DNA from: Crocinitomicaceae bacterium
GTDB lineage: Bacteria; Bacteroidota; Bacteroidia; Flavobacteriales_D; Crocinitomicaceae
NCBI GenBank assembly: GCA_002709305.1
Contig: PAQM01000012.1
Location: 90,701 to 154,700, forward strand
Direction of reading: 5' to 3'
DNA: 64,000 nucleotides
Shown: in pieces, positions 46,846 to 56,790 of the stretch
Layout: every line of letters begins with the position of its first letter
How positions within the stretch are numbered: position 1 is the stretch's first letter
Translations under genes and position numbers: made by a program
Notes under the pieces: model-generated
Seen by the model: only the letters and a program-made list of their open reading frames with translations
What the model was told of the DNA's origin: nothing
The model's database searches: none

Positions 46846-48228
46846 GTGAAAATATTTAATGTCATATTACTGTTATTAGTTCAATTCTCCTTAATTGGAC
46901 AAATTTCTTACAATATTGATTTTCTAGATAATTGGAATAATGATACTCTAACAGCTAATTCTTCTCAAGTTAGATATAATGATTGTTGGGGATTTGAATT
47001 AGAAAATCAAGAATATGCAATTGCAGGATCAACAGAAGGAATTCATTTTTTTAAATTAACAAATGAGAATAAATTATACCATGTTGATTTCATAGAAGGG
47101 CATTTCAATGATATGTCTGTAATTCATCGAGACATAAAAACCTATCAAAAATATGCATACGCTGTTTGTGATGAGGGTGAAAGTAGTCTGCAAATTATAG
47201 ATTTATCCTACTTACCAGATTCTGTGCATTTAGTTGGAAATAATGATTCTACTTTCGCACGAGTACATAATATTTTTATAGATACACTAAATGGTTTATT
47301 ATATGCTGGTGGAATAACCCCTAGAGAGAATGGAATAATACAAAATACTATTTCAATGCAAATTTTTTCTTTATCAAACCCTATAAATCCAAGTTTAATA
47401 TATACTGGACCTAATGATATTAATGAAGTACACGATATGTATGTAAGAAATAATATTGCCTATTTAAATTGTGGATTTGATGGATTAAGAGTCTATGATT
47501 TTTCTGATATTTCTAATCCTATTTTTCAACAAAATATCAATTTCTATCAGGATCAAGGATATAATCATCAAGGTTGGTTATCGCCAAATGGAGAGACATA
47601 CGTTTTTTCAGATGAAACTAGTGGCAAAAAATTAAAAAAATGTAAAATAACATCAAATAATATCACAATTGAATCATTATTTGGAACTAATTATGAAAAT
47701 AATAGTGTTCCTCATAATGTAATGATTAGTAATGAATTTGCTTATGTAGCATATTATAATGAAGGCTTAAGAATATACGATATCAGAAAGAACATTCCAT
47801 TTGAAATTGCCTATTATGATACATACCCAGAAAACTCTTTTTTCAATATGCAAGGTGCATGGGGAATATACTCTAAGCTACCTTCTAAAAGAATTCTAGT
47901 CTCTGACAGACATAATGGATTATTCTTACTGAAATTTTCAGAAAACATCTTTTTAAATAGTAATGATAATGAAATATTACAAATTTACCCAAACCCAATC
48001 TCAAATAACGATAGTCTCACATTAATTTTAAACGATGAGAATATTTCTTCATTTAACATATTATTATTCGATATAAAAGGTAAAAAAGTTTTTGATCAAA
48101 AAGTTTTTGATCAAAGCTATGTAAAAATAAAACCTACACTAAAATCAGGAATTTATTATCTATATGTTAGTTATATAGACTATAAAGAAGAATTAATAAG
48201 CATTGGTAAAAAGATTATTCTAAATTAA
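46846..48228 (+). CDS. Choice-of-anchor-B / LVIVD-repeat beta-propeller protein with a T9SS C-terminal sorting domain
   Basis: GTG start with signal peptide. LVIVD-type repeats ('DGLRVYDFSD', 'EGLRIYDIRK', 'ILVSDRHNGLFLLKF'). C-terminal 'QIYPNPISNN...GIYYLYV'. Confidence 0.8.
   Translation: MKIFNVILLLLVQFSLIGQISYNIDFLDNWNNDTLTANSSQVRYNDCWGFELENQEYAIAGSTEGIHFFKLTNENKLYHVDFIEGHFNDMSVIHRDIKTYQKYAYAVCDEGESSLQIIDLSYLPDSVHLVGNNDSTFARVHNIFIDTLNGLLYAGGITPRENGIIQNTISMQIFSLSNPINPSLIYTGPNDINEVHDMYVRNNIAYLNCGFDGLRVYDFSDISNPIFQQNINFYQDQGYNHQGWLSPNGETYVFSDETSGKKLKKCKITSNNITIESLFGTNYENNSVPHNVMISNEFAYVAYYNEGLRIYDIRKNIPFEIAYYDTYPENSFFNMQGAWGIYSKLPSKRILVSDRHNGLFLLKFSENIFLNSNDNEILQIYPNPISNNDSLTLILNDENISSFNILLFDIKGKKVFDQKVFDQSYVKIKPTLKSGIYYLYVSYIDYKEELISIGKKIILN
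48085..48114 (+). repeat. Perfect 15-nt tandem duplication (AAAGTTTTTGATCAA x2) inside the T9SS C-terminal domain
   Basis: Read directly from the sequence. It encodes KVFDQ-KVFDQ in frame. Confidence 0.95.
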
Positions 48229-48697
48229 GGTGTCTTTTAACACAATCCTTAATCAAATCCATTTCATATCCTTTAGAATATAAAAATCGATATATTTTAA
48301 TTTTCTTAGTATAAGAATCGATTTCATCTTTTAATAAGAATTCTTTTTTATTAGCTAGATTAATAAGATTTTCTTTATAAACTTTTATATCAATTGATTC
48401 TATATTTTTACTAATCAGGTCTTCAGAAATAAACTTTTGTTTCAATTGCTTTCTTATTTTGATTCTACCCCATCTTTTGATATTAATTTTACCTGAAATA
48501 AATGTTTGTACGAATCTCTCTTCATCTAAATAATTATTAGAAATTAAGTGGTCTAATAAAATCATTTGATTGGCTTCATTCACACCCCATTTTATCATTT
48601 TTTGTTGAAGCTCAAAAGAACAACGTTCTTGATAAGCACATAAAGATTCAAGTTTAAATTTAGCTTCTAAGAAAGTATATTTACATCCTCGATTCAT
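48215..48697 (-). CDS. recX: Recombination regulator RecX
   Basis: 'CAYQERCSFELQQKM..WGV' followed by three-helix repeats ('LDEERF', 'GR.KI...L..K.I'). The ATG at 48697 follows directly after the rng stop. Confidence 0.8.
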   Translation of the reverse strand: MNRGCKYTFLEAKFKLESLCAYQERCSFELQQKMIKWGVNEANQMILLDHLISNNYLDEERFVQTFISGKINIKRWGRIKIRKQLKQKFISEDLISKNIESIDIKVYKENLINLANKKEFLLKDEIDSYTKKIKIYRFLYSKGYEMDLIKDCVKRHLNLE

Positions 48698-48698
48698 G

Positions 48699-50246
48699 TT
48701 AGAGGGTAATCTCTTTTTTGTTCTTATCAATAAATGTATATTGAAGTAAATTTTGAGATGATAATCCACGAACTGGAATCCACTTTTTATACTTAAACAA
48801 CCACTTCATTTGACGAGATAATATACCTTTTTTAAAGTATGCTTCTAGATACGGATGAACTACTAAAGAAAATCTTTTATCAAAGCTCTTGTTAATCAAA
48901 TAATTTAAATTATTCTCAATTTCATCGGCGACAAGTATTGAAGCCTGAACTTCTCCTTTACCACTACAGGCAGGACACTTCTCAGATGTTACAATGTCTG
49001 TTTGAGGTCTAACTCTTTGGCGAGTAATTTCAACAACACCAAACCTAGATGGAGGAATAATATTGTGTTTAGCACGATCATTACTCATAGATTCTTTCAT
49101 TTTAATATATAAAGCTTTATTATTAGCCTTATCATGCATATCAATAAAATCAACACAAACAATCCCTCCCATATCTCTTAATTGAAGAACACGAGCAATT
49201 TCTTCTGCAGCTTCAAGATTTGTAGCCAAAGCGTTACTTTCTTGACCATCAGCACCTTTTCTATTACCACTATTTACATCAACAACATGCATAGCTTCAG
49301 TATGCTCAATAATCAAATAACCTCCACTAGGAAGAGGTACTTTTTTACCAAAAAGAGCCTTAATTTGACGGTTAACATCGAAACGTTCAAATATTTCAAT
49401 CTTACCATCATAATTCTTAATTATTTTTTCTCTTCCTGGAGCAATATCAGAAACATATTGCCTTAAATTTTCGTGCAGGTTTTTATCATTAACATGTATA
49501 TTAGTAAATTCTGCATTTAATAGGTCTCGAAGTATTGATGAAGTTTTATCAATCTCACTTAATACGCGCATTGGTGGCTTTATACCTAATAAATTTTCAT
49601 GAATTTTCTTCCACTTTTCCAATAGGTTTTTTAAATCTTGTTCTAATAACTTGATTTTTTTTCCTTCAGCTACAGTTCGGATAATAACACCAAAATTCTT
49701 TGGTTTTATTTTTCTTATTAATGTCTTTAATCGGTCTCTCTCTCCATGAGACTTTATTTTCTGAGAAATAGAAACCTTATTAGAGAAAGGAACTAACACT
49801 AAAAACCGTCCAGCTAAAGTTATCTCAGCAGTTAAACGAGGACCCTTAGATGAAATAGGTTCTTTAGTAACCTGGACCAATATAGGTGCAGAAGAAGAAA
49901 TAGTTTCTTCTATTTTTCCATCTTTTGAAATTTCATCTTCAAACTTAAAATATTGAAGATCCGATACATTTTGCTTGCCACGTAACGTGTCTCTAGAAAA
50001 CTTATTAAGTGATTTAAACTGTGGACCTAAATCTAAATAATGTAAAAAAGCATCTTTATCATACCCTACATTAACAAATGACGCATTAAGACTTGGTACT
50101 ACTTTTCTAACTTTTCCTAAGTAAATATCTCCTACAGAAAACTCATTATTACCTTCTTCTTCATGCAACTCAATAAGCTTTCCATTATTAAGTAGAGCAA
50201 GCCTGATGCTTTTTTTTCTAGCATCGACTATTAATTCTAAACTCAC
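48699..50246 (-). CDS. rng: Ribonuclease E/G family endoribonuclease (RNase G-like)
   Basis: S1 domain 'GDIYLGKVRKVVPSLNASFVNVG', 'GGYLIIEHTEAMHVVDVNSG', 'RDMGGIVCVDFIDM', Zn-link 'CPACSGKG'. Confidence 0.92.
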   Translation of the reverse strand: MSLELIVDARKKSIRLALLNNGKLIELHEEEGNNEFSVGDIYLGKVRKVVPSLNASFVNVGYDKDAFLHYLDLGPQFKSLNKFSRDTLRGKQNVSDLQYFKFEDEISKDGKIEETISSSAPILVQVTKEPISSKGPRLTAEITLAGRFLVLVPFSNKVSISQKIKSHGERDRLKTLIRKIKPKNFGVIIRTVAEGKKIKLLEQDLKNLLEKWKKIHENLLGIKPPMRVLSEIDKTSSILRDLLNAEFTNIHVNDKNLHENLRQYVSDIAPGREKIIKNYDGKIEIFERFDVNRQIKALFGKKVPLPSGGYLIIEHTEAMHVVDVNSGNRKGADGQESNALATNLEAAEEIARVLQLRDMGGIVCVDFIDMHDKANNKALYIKMKESMSNDRAKHNIIPPSRFGVVEITRQRVRPQTDIVTSEKCPACSGKGEVQASILVADEIENNLNYLINKSFDKRFSLVVHPYLEAYFKKGILSRQMKWLFKYKKWIPVRGLSSQNLLQYTFIDKNKKEITL

Positions 50247-50276
50247 GAAAGCCTAATTTTTAAATGTACAACAAAT

Positions 50277-50300
50277 GAAAAACTGTGAATACTGTTTTTC
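50277..50300 (-). terminator. Weak hairpin after the 29-aa ORF (possible attenuator/terminator)
   Basis: On the minus strand: GAAAAACAG-TATTCA-CAGTTTTTC, with 8 of 9 positions pairing. The stem is A/U-rich and the downstream U-run is poor. Confidence 0.25.
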
Positions 50301-50315
50301 AATAAAAACGTAAAG

Positions 50316-50405
50316 CTACTTCTTTTTATGTCGATTTTTTCTCAATCTTTTTTTACGTTTATGCGTAGACATTTTGTGTCTTTTTCTTTTTTTACCACTT
50401 GGCAT
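50316..50405 (-). CDS. 29-aa hyper-basic protein (MPSGKKRKRHKMSTHKRKKRLRKNRHKKK), a bS22/AURKAIP1-COX24-like candidate ribosomal protein; absent from the ORF track
   Basis: Hand-translated: ATG at 50405, TAG at 50316-50318. 19 of 29 residues are K/R/H. It lies in an otherwise empty 286-nt gap with a TAnnTTTG motif upstream. Confidence 0.65.
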   Translation of the reverse strand: MPSGKKRKRHKMSTHKRKKRLRKNRHKKK

Positions 50406-50479
50406 ATTCTAAATATTTTATTATTTTATATTATTTATAATTTTTCTCAAAAACTTAATTTCTTAATTAAATTGAGTTG

Positions 50480-50487
50480 CAAAGATA
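50480..50487 (-). promoter_or_regulatory. Candidate -7 promoter element (TATCTTTG) for the 29-aa ORF
   Basis: Exact TAnnTTTG on the minus strand about 75 nt upstream of the ATG at 50405. Confidence 0.35.
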
Positions 50488-50532
50488 AACAATTAGATTA
50501 AAATATAAACTACTATACAATAGTAATTAATC

Positions 50533-50823
50533 CTATTTAACTTTCACTTTAGTTTTAACATCTTCAACAAAGGTTTTTGATGGTTTAAATACAGGAATAT
50601 TATGAGCAGGAATAATAATAGAAGTATTTTTAGAAATATTTCTTCCAGTCTTCTGTGCTCTTTCTTTAATTATAAAACTACCAAATCCTCTTAGATAAAC
50701 ATTCTCTCCATTTGTTAATGATGATTTTATAGTTGTCATAAAAGCTTCAACTAATCTAAGTACCTCTGCTCTTTCCAATCCTGTTTGTTGAACAATATCT
50801 GAAACAATTTCTGCCTTTGTCAT
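50533..50823 (-). CDS. HU/IHF-family DNA-binding protein
   Basis: 'MTKAEIVSDI...', 'VYLRGFGSFIIKERAQKTGRNISKNTSIIIPAHNIPVFKPSK' with the HU beta-arm; 96 aa. Confidence 0.9.
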   Translation of the reverse strand: MTKAEIVSDIVQQTGLERAEVLRLVEAFMTTIKSSLTNGENVYLRGFGSFIIKERAQKTGRNISKNTSIIIPAHNIPVFKPSKTFVEDVKTKVKVK

Positions 50824-50862
50824 ATATAATTTATTTATAATTTATATTAATTATTACGGGCG

Positions 50863-50870
50863 CAAAATTA
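50863..50870 (-). promoter_or_regulatory. Candidate -7 promoter element (TAATTTTG) for the HU gene
   Basis: Exact TAnnTTTG on the minus strand, 40 nt upstream of the ATG at 50823. Confidence 0.45.
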
Positions 50871-50929
50871 GAGTTTCTAATTTAATTTATTGTGTATTTT
50901 TATAATTAAAATTATACTTTTTTCCCTTA

Positions 50930-51946
50930 ATGAATAATTTTAGCCGACTAATAGTTAATTGGTATAGACTAAACAAAAGATCTCTACCTTGGAGAGAAGA
51001 ATTAAATCCATATTATATTTGGTTATCAGAAATTATTCTTCAACAAACAAAAGTAGATCAAGGTATTCCATACTATTTTAAATTTGTCCAAAAATATCCT
51101 ACAATTATTAAACTAGCTAATGTAGAGGAAAAAGAAGTACTTAATGATTGGCAAGGTCTAGGTTATTATAGTAGAGCAAGAAACTTACATTATTCTGCAA
51201 AACATATTCGAGATAAATTAAATGGAGAATTTCCGAAAAATTATAACGAAATATTAAAACTAAAAGGTGTTGGAAAATATACTGCTGCTGCAATTTCATC
51301 TTTTGCATTTAATGAAAAAAAAGCGGTTGTTGACGGAAATGTATATCGTCTACTGAGCCGTTATTTTGATATATCCACTCCTATTGATTCAAGTTCTGGT
51401 ATTAAAGAATTTCAGGAAATCGCTGATAGTCTTATTAATAATGAAAATCCTGGAGAGCATAATCAAGCAATAATGGAAATAGGCGCTCTTATTTGTATAC
51501 CAAAAAAACCAAAATGTACCTATTGTCCTTTAGCTGAAAAATGTATCTCCTTTATAAAAGGTAATATTCAAAATCGACCAATAAAAAAAACTAGACTAAA
51601 AAGAAAAAAGCGTTTTTTTCATTATTTAATATTCAATCATAATGAAGAATTAATAGTAGAAAAAAGAACAAAAAAAGATATTTGGAAGAATATGTATCAA
51701 TTTCCTCTAATTGAGGCGAAAAATATTGATGAAAAAATCGACTTAAACATGTTCAAAAATAAATTATTTGAATCTTCAATAAGGAAGCATATATTGAGTC
51801 ATCAAATTATCTACGTGAAATTTCATCATTTTAATTCAACATATAATTTTAATAAGAATTGTTTTAAAATTAAAAAAAGTGAAATAGGAAATTATCCAAT
51901 ACCAAGAATCATAGATAAATACTTAGAAGAACAAACACTTTTTTAG
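50930..51946 (+). CDS. mutY: A/G-specific adenine DNA glycosylase
   Basis: 'WREELNPYYIWLSEIILQQT', HhH-GPD 'LKGVGKYTAAAI', FeS loop 'CIPKKPKCTYCPLAEKC', C-terminal MutT-like domain. Confidence 0.92.
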   Translation: MNNFSRLIVNWYRLNKRSLPWREELNPYYIWLSEIILQQTKVDQGIPYYFKFVQKYPTIIKLANVEEKEVLNDWQGLGYYSRARNLHYSAKHIRDKLNGEFPKNYNEILKLKGVGKYTAAAISSFAFNEKKAVVDGNVYRLLSRYFDISTPIDSSSGIKEFQEIADSLINNENPGEHNQAIMEIGALICIPKKPKCTYCPLAEKCISFIKGNIQNRPIKKTRLKRKKRFFHYLIFNHNEELIVEKRTKKDIWKNMYQFPLIEAKNIDEKIDLNMFKNKLFESSIRKHILSHQIIYVKFHHFNSTYNFNKNCFKIKKSEIGNYPIPRIIDKYLEEQTLF

Positions 51947-51987
51947 GTTATTTTTATGTAAATTTAAGCTGAACAAACATCAATTAA

Positions 51988-52437
51988 ATGGCAGGAAGTG
52001 TAAATAAAGTTATATTAATCGGTAATGTAGGCAAAGATCCTGAAGTTAGATACTTAGAAAATGGATCCGTAGTAGCTAATTTTCCCATAGCTACTTCTGA
52101 AGTATATAAAGATAAGAATACAGGGAAAAAAATTGAAAATACAGATTGGCATGATGTTGTTATGTGGAGAGGCTTAGCTGAATTAGCGGAAAAATATGTC
52201 AAAAAAGGACATAAAATTTATATTGAAGGTAAATTGAAAAAACGATCTTGGCAAGATAAAGAGAATAATACTAGATATACAACTGAAGTAATTGCTGATG
52301 TAATGACAATGTTATCTAGACCAACAGAAAATTCAAATAAAAATTCTAATCCACCTTATTCTAATGAGGGCACACCAAATAAACCATCAAATATGGACAA
52401 AGAAATCGATAAAGAAAATAGCGATTTACCATTTTAA
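51988..52437 (+). CDS. ssb: Single-stranded DNA-binding protein
   Basis: '[18 protein letters not shown]', '[14 protein letters not shown]' OB fold. Disordered tail ending in DLPF. Confidence 0.95.
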   Translation: MAGSVNKVILIGNVGKDPEVRYLENGSVVANFPIATSEVYKDKNTGKKIENTDWHDVVMWRGLAELAEKYVKKGHKIYIEGKLKKRSWQDKENNTRYTTEVIADVMTMLSRPTENSNKNSNPPYSNEGTPNKPSNMDKEIDKENSDLPF

Positions 52438-52445
52438 TTATAAGA

Positions 52446-53792
52446 ATGAATTTGACAGTACCTCCGAACACCCTTACAAATCAAGAAATCATAAAGACAG
52501 GATTTGAAAACATAGACATAGTATTTATTATCATACTCATATGTTTATTACTTATCTCTGCTTTAATATCAGGTTCTGAAGCCGCATTTTTCTCATTAAG
52601 CCCAGATGATAAAGAAAAACTCAAAAAATATTCTACCAAAAATGCTTCTCATGTCAAAAAATTACTGCAAAAACCAAAAAATCTTCTTGCAACAATATTA
52701 ATTACAAACAACTTTGTGAATGTTGGAATAATAATCTTATCATCAACTATTATCTCAAAAATATTAAACCCATCACAATCCAATAGTACTCTTGTTTTTT
52801 TTGTTGAAGTAATAATAATAACTTTCATATTACTATTACTTGGAGAAGTAATACCAAAAATTTATGCAACTAAAAATGCATTAGGTTTCTCAAGTTTTAT
52901 GTCTAGACCTCTTCATTTATTGAAAAGAACACCACCATTATCATGGATACAAAAAGGACTAGTAAAAAGCATTGAATTGATACAAGGAAATATTGGTAAA
53001 GGGAAAATCAATATTTCTTCTGATGAACTTGAAAAAGCGCTAGCACTAACTAAAGAATATAATGAAAATGATGACCACAAGATTTTACAAGAAATTGTAA
53101 AATTTGGGAATACAGAAGTTAGACAAATAATGACGCCTAGAATAGATGTTCATGCTATTGAATCAGAAACACCATTTAATGAAATACTAAAAATCATATT
53201 AGATTGTGGACACTCTAGAATACCAGTATATGAAAAAAACTTTGATAATATATTAGGTATTCTTTTTATTAAAGACTTGTTGCCCGTTTTAAGCAATGCA
53301 AAAAATTATGATTGGTTATCACTAATTAGAAAACCATTCTATGTCCCTGAAAACAAAAAAATCGATGATCTTTTAAAAGAATTTCAAGAAATGAAATTAC
53401 ATATCGCTCTTGTTGTAGATGAATATGGTGGCACAAGTGGATTAGTTTCTCTTGAAGATATTCTAGAAGAAATTGTAGGTGATATTACAGATGAATTTGA
53501 TGATGATGAAATTGCATACACAAAAATTAATGATAAAACCTACCTATTTGAAGGAAAAACAACAATTATAGATTTCTTGAAAGTATTAGAACTTAATAAT
53601 AATGATATAAATTTCAATACTAAAAACGCTGAAACACTTGGAGGATACATTATTGAACACGCTGGAAGAATTCTTAAAAATAATGAATTTATCCAACTAG
53701 GAAATATAAAACTAATCATTGAATCTAGTGATAAAAGAAAAATTAAAATGATAAAAGCAGTGAAACTAAATACTAAAGATGAAGTTAATTAA
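52446..53792 (+). CDS. gldE: Gliding motility-associated protein GldE (CNNM/CorC-HlyC family with CBS pair)
   Basis: DUF21 TM domain, CBS pair and CorC_HlyC C-terminus. The order mutY-ssb-gldE-gldD matches the Flavobacterium johnsoniae locus (established literature, recalled from memory). Confidence 0.85.
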   Translation: MNLTVPPNTLTNQEIIKTGFENIDIVFIIILICLLLISALISGSEAAFFSLSPDDKEKLKKYSTKNASHVKKLLQKPKNLLATILITNNFVNVGIIILSSTIISKILNPSQSNSTLVFFVEVIIITFILLLLGEVIPKIYATKNALGFSSFMSRPLHLLKRTPPLSWIQKGLVKSIELIQGNIGKGKINISSDELEKALALTKEYNENDDHKILQEIVKFGNTEVRQIMTPRIDVHAIESETPFNEILKIILDCGHSRIPVYEKNFDNILGILFIKDLLPVLSNAKNYDWLSLIRKPFYVPENKKIDDLLKEFQEMKLHIALVVDEYGGTSGLVSLEDILEEIVGDITDEFDDDEIAYTKINDKTYLFEGKTTIIDFLKVLELNNNDINFNTKNAETLGGYIIEHAGRILKNNEFIQLGNIKLIIESSDKRKIKMIKAVKLNTKDEVN

Positions 53793-54351
53793 TTTTATAA
53801 TATTAATAATCTTGCTATTCACATCATGCAAAGAAGAAACATTATTTATTCCAAAACCCTCAACTTACTTGAGACCAATATTACCGAGTCATCATTATGT
53901 AAAATACAATGATGAATGTCCATATGTACTTAGTTTACCAAAAATATTTAAAATAAAAAAAATAACTAGTGAAGAAGGATCTACTTGCCATAAAGATATT
54001 GAACTAGGACCACTAAACGGTATTATCCATTTTTCATATATTGATATGAATGAACCTTTGTCCACCTATGTAAATTTTACAAATAATCAAATTGACAATC
54101 ACAAAATAAAAGCTACAAATATTAATGATTATACAATAATAAATGACAGCAATGATGTTTATTGCACATTTTTTGAACTCCAAGGAAATGTAGCATCTCC
54201 ATTTCAATTTTATATTACTGATTCTATATCAAATTTTGTGCGTGGTGTTGTATACTTCAATTCAACTCCAAACTACGATTCTTTAAAACCATCACTTGAC
54301 TATCTTAAAATAGACTTAAAACATATGATTACAAATTTCAAATGGAAATAA
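53779..54351 (+). CDS. gldD: Gliding motility lipoprotein GldD
   Basis: Lipobox 'LLFTSC|KEE'; ~190 aa; immediately downstream of gldE with a 14-nt overlap. Confidence 0.8.
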   Translation: MKLINFIILIILLFTSCKEETLFIPKPSTYLRPILPSHHYVKYNDECPYVLSLPKIFKIKKITSEEGSTCHKDIELGPLNGIIHFSYIDMNEPLSTYVNFTNNQIDNHKIKATNINDYTIINDSNDVYCTFFELQGNVASPFQFYITDSISNFVRGVVYFNSTPNYDSLKPSLDYLKIDLKHMITNFKWK

Positions 54352-54866
54352 ATCAATTAGTTCTTAGCTTAGGTTCTAACATTAATAGTAGATCATTATA
54401 TATTACCAAAGCTTGTAAGGAAATAATAAATGAAATTGGAGAAATAATAAATTTTTCAAGCGTATACTCAACACCTCCAATAGAATTTGAAAGTCAAGAT
54501 TACTTTCTAAATTGTTGTTTAATAATAAATACAAAACTAGATAAGAATTATGCTCTTTCAAAAATTGAAGAAATAGAGAAGAAACTTGGTAGAACAAAAA
54601 AATCAATTAAAAAAAATTATATTTCAAGAGTAATTGATATTGATATTATCTTTTTTAACAAAGAGCGGTTTAAATCATCAAAATTAATTATTCCTCATTC
54701 CTCATTCAGAGAGAGAAAATTTGTGCTAATACCATTAAATGAGATAATTCCAAATTATATTGATCCGATTAGTTATTTAACAGTCAGACAGCTTTTAGAA
54801 AATTGTAGAGACAATTCTATTGTAACTATTCATAAAAATCAATTCTTAAAGACTTTATTACAATAA
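54342..54866 (+). CDS. folK: 2-amino-4-hydroxy-6-hydroxymethyldihydropteridine diphosphokinase
   Basis: 'LSLGSN', 'SSVYSTPP', 'RVIDIDIIFF', 'LIIPH..FRERKFVLIPLNEI' HPPK motifs. Confidence 0.88.
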   Translation: MEINQLVLSLGSNINSRSLYITKACKEIINEIGEIINFSSVYSTPPIEFESQDYFLNCCLIINTKLDKNYALSKIEEIEKKLGRTKKSIKKNYISRVIDIDIIFFNKERFKSSKLIIPHSSFRERKFVLIPLNEIIPNYIDPISYLTVRQLLENCRDNSIVTIHKNQFLKTLLQ

Positions 54867-54939
54867 ATTAGGGAAAAGATACAATTCTTTTTTGTATAAT
54901 TGCAATTGAAAATGTATTTGAAATTATTATAACTAAATT

Positions 54940-56637
54940 ATGAAAAAGCAAAGCATAAAGTTAATAGCAATTATAGCTATACTTGGAACATTAACAACAG
55001 GGTGTGATTTATTAAAAGATCTTGAGTATACAGTTACACCAGATCCATTAGAAATGCATGGAGATTCTGTTCGAGTGAAAGTAGATGTAACCTTCCCAGA
55101 GAAAGGAATACATAAAAAAGCATCTGCTGATATTATTCCTGTAATAGGAGACACTAAACTAAAGTCAATCCGAGTTCAAGGCGAAAAAGCAACTGGTAAT
55201 GGTGAAGTAATTGCCTATAAAACTGGAGGTAAAATTACTTACAACGACATCATAGCTTATACTCCAAATATGGAAACTGCTGACTTAATGATAACTGGTA
55301 AAGTGTTTAAAGGTGATAAGGAAAAAGATGAAATAATTCCTGTTAAAATTGCTGATGCTACTATAATTACTCCCTATCTAGTAAATAAAGATTTTCAAAT
55401 TATTATAGCTAAAGATCAATTTAAAAGAATTACACAAGAAACTTTTTCAGCACAACTTAACTATGCTAAAGGAAAATCAAATGTCACATCTTCAGAGATT
55501 AGACAAGAAGACATTAAGTCATTCAAAGAATTCTTAGAAAATTCTACAACCGACCCAAGAGTTAATTTAAAATCTATTGATTTAACTGGTTTTGCTTCAC
55601 CAGAAGGTGAAGAAGATAAAAACAATTCTTTATCTATTGATAGAGCTGAATCAGCTAAAAAATCTATAATAGGAATAGCGAAAAGACTTAAAATGGACGC
55701 TACACAATTAAGATTTAATGAAAAAGGTTCTGGTGAAGATTATTCAGGTTTCAAAAAAGAATTATCTGATGATAATAAAATGAACGAAGACGATAAAAAT
55801 TTGGTGCTTCGTGTATTAGAAACAATTAGTAATGGTGATGAGCGTGAAAGAGCAATGCGTGATATGGGAAAAACTTTCAGTTATTTAGATAAAAAAATAT
55901 TTCCACAATTACGCCGTACTGAAATAACTGCCAATTATGATCAAACTGGTTTTTCTGATGAAGAATTGATGGCATTATCTAACTCTAATCCTGACACATT
56001 AAATATAGAAGAATTACTCTTTACCGCTACTCTATATACAGACTTAAATGAACAATTGAGAGTATATAAAATTGCTGAGTCAAAATTCTTAAATGATTAC
56101 AGACCATCAAATAATGTCGGTGCTGTATTATATATGCAAAATAAATTATCTGAAGCAAAAAATCAATTTGAAAAAGCAAATAGTATTCAAGATAATTCAA
56201 TCTCTAAAAACAATATAGCTGCAATTTTAGGCATTGAAGGAGATAGAATTAAATCTATGAAATTACTTAATCAATCAAGTGGAGCGGGTAAAGAAGTGAA
56301 TTATAACAAAGGAATCCTAAACATTCAAAATGGAGATTATAAATCTGCTATTTCAAATTTAGGTTCTAATGACTCTTATAATAAAGCTTTAGCTCAATTA
56401 TTAAATGGAGATGCCTCTACTTCTTTAAAAACAGTAAATAGTTCTGATGAAGCTGAAACTGCTATAGGATATTATTTAAAAGCCATTTCCGCTGCTCGTC
56501 AAGATAAATTACAAGATATAATTAGTAACCTAAAAAGTGCTTTTTCTAAAGATGGTTCACTAAAATTAAAAGCCTCTAAAGATAGAGAGTTTTTAAAATT
56601 CATGGAAAATGCTTCTTTCACTAATCTTGTAAAATAA
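54940..56637 (+). CDS. Lipoprotein with an OmpA-like peptidoglycan-binding segment and C-terminal TPR-like repeats
   Basis: Lipobox 'LTTGC|DL'. 'LTGFASPEGEEDKNNSLSIDRAESAKKSI' resembles the OmpA_C motif. Helical repeats in the C-terminal part. Confidence 0.65.
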   Translation: MKKQSIKLIAIIAILGTLTTGCDLLKDLEYTVTPDPLEMHGDSVRVKVDVTFPEKGIHKKASADIIPVIGDTKLKSIRVQGEKATGNGEVIAYKTGGKITYNDIIAYTPNMETADLMITGKVFKGDKEKDEIIPVKIADATIITPYLVNKDFQIIIAKDQFKRITQETFSAQLNYAKGKSNVTSSEIRQEDIKSFKEFLENSTTDPRVNLKSIDLTGFASPEGEEDKNNSLSIDRAESAKKSIIGIAKRLKMDATQLRFNEKGSGEDYSGFKKELSDDNKMNEDDKNLVLRVLETISNGDERERAMRDMGKTFSYLDKKIFPQLRRTEITANYDQTGFSDEELMALSNSNPDTLNIEELLFTATLYTDLNEQLRVYKIAESKFLNDYRPSNNVGAVLYMQNKLSEAKNQFEKANSIQDNSISKNNIAAILGIEGDRIKSMKLLNQSSGAGKEVNYNKGILNIQNGDYKSAISNLGSNDSYNKALAQLLNGDASTSLKTVNSSDEAETAIGYYLKAISAARQDKLQDIISNLKSAFSKDGSLKLKASKDREFLKFMENASFTNLVK

Positions 56638-56653
56638 TTCTTTATAATTATTG

Positions 56654-56687
56654 AAAAAAGGTCTAGTTTAAACACTAGACCTTTTTT
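56654..56687 (+). terminator. Rho-independent terminator after the 54940-56637 gene
   Basis: AAAAAAGGTCTAGT-TTAAAC-ACTAGACCTTTTTT: 8-bp GC-containing stem plus T6, starting 17 nt after the stop. Confidence 0.8.
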
Positions 56688-56790
56688 ATTATAATAACTA
56701 TTTAATTTTAAAATAAATTCTCTCAATTTAATTTGATTGTCATTATCAACTTTTTATCTTTAACATCATTAAAAATGAAATTTGAAAAAA

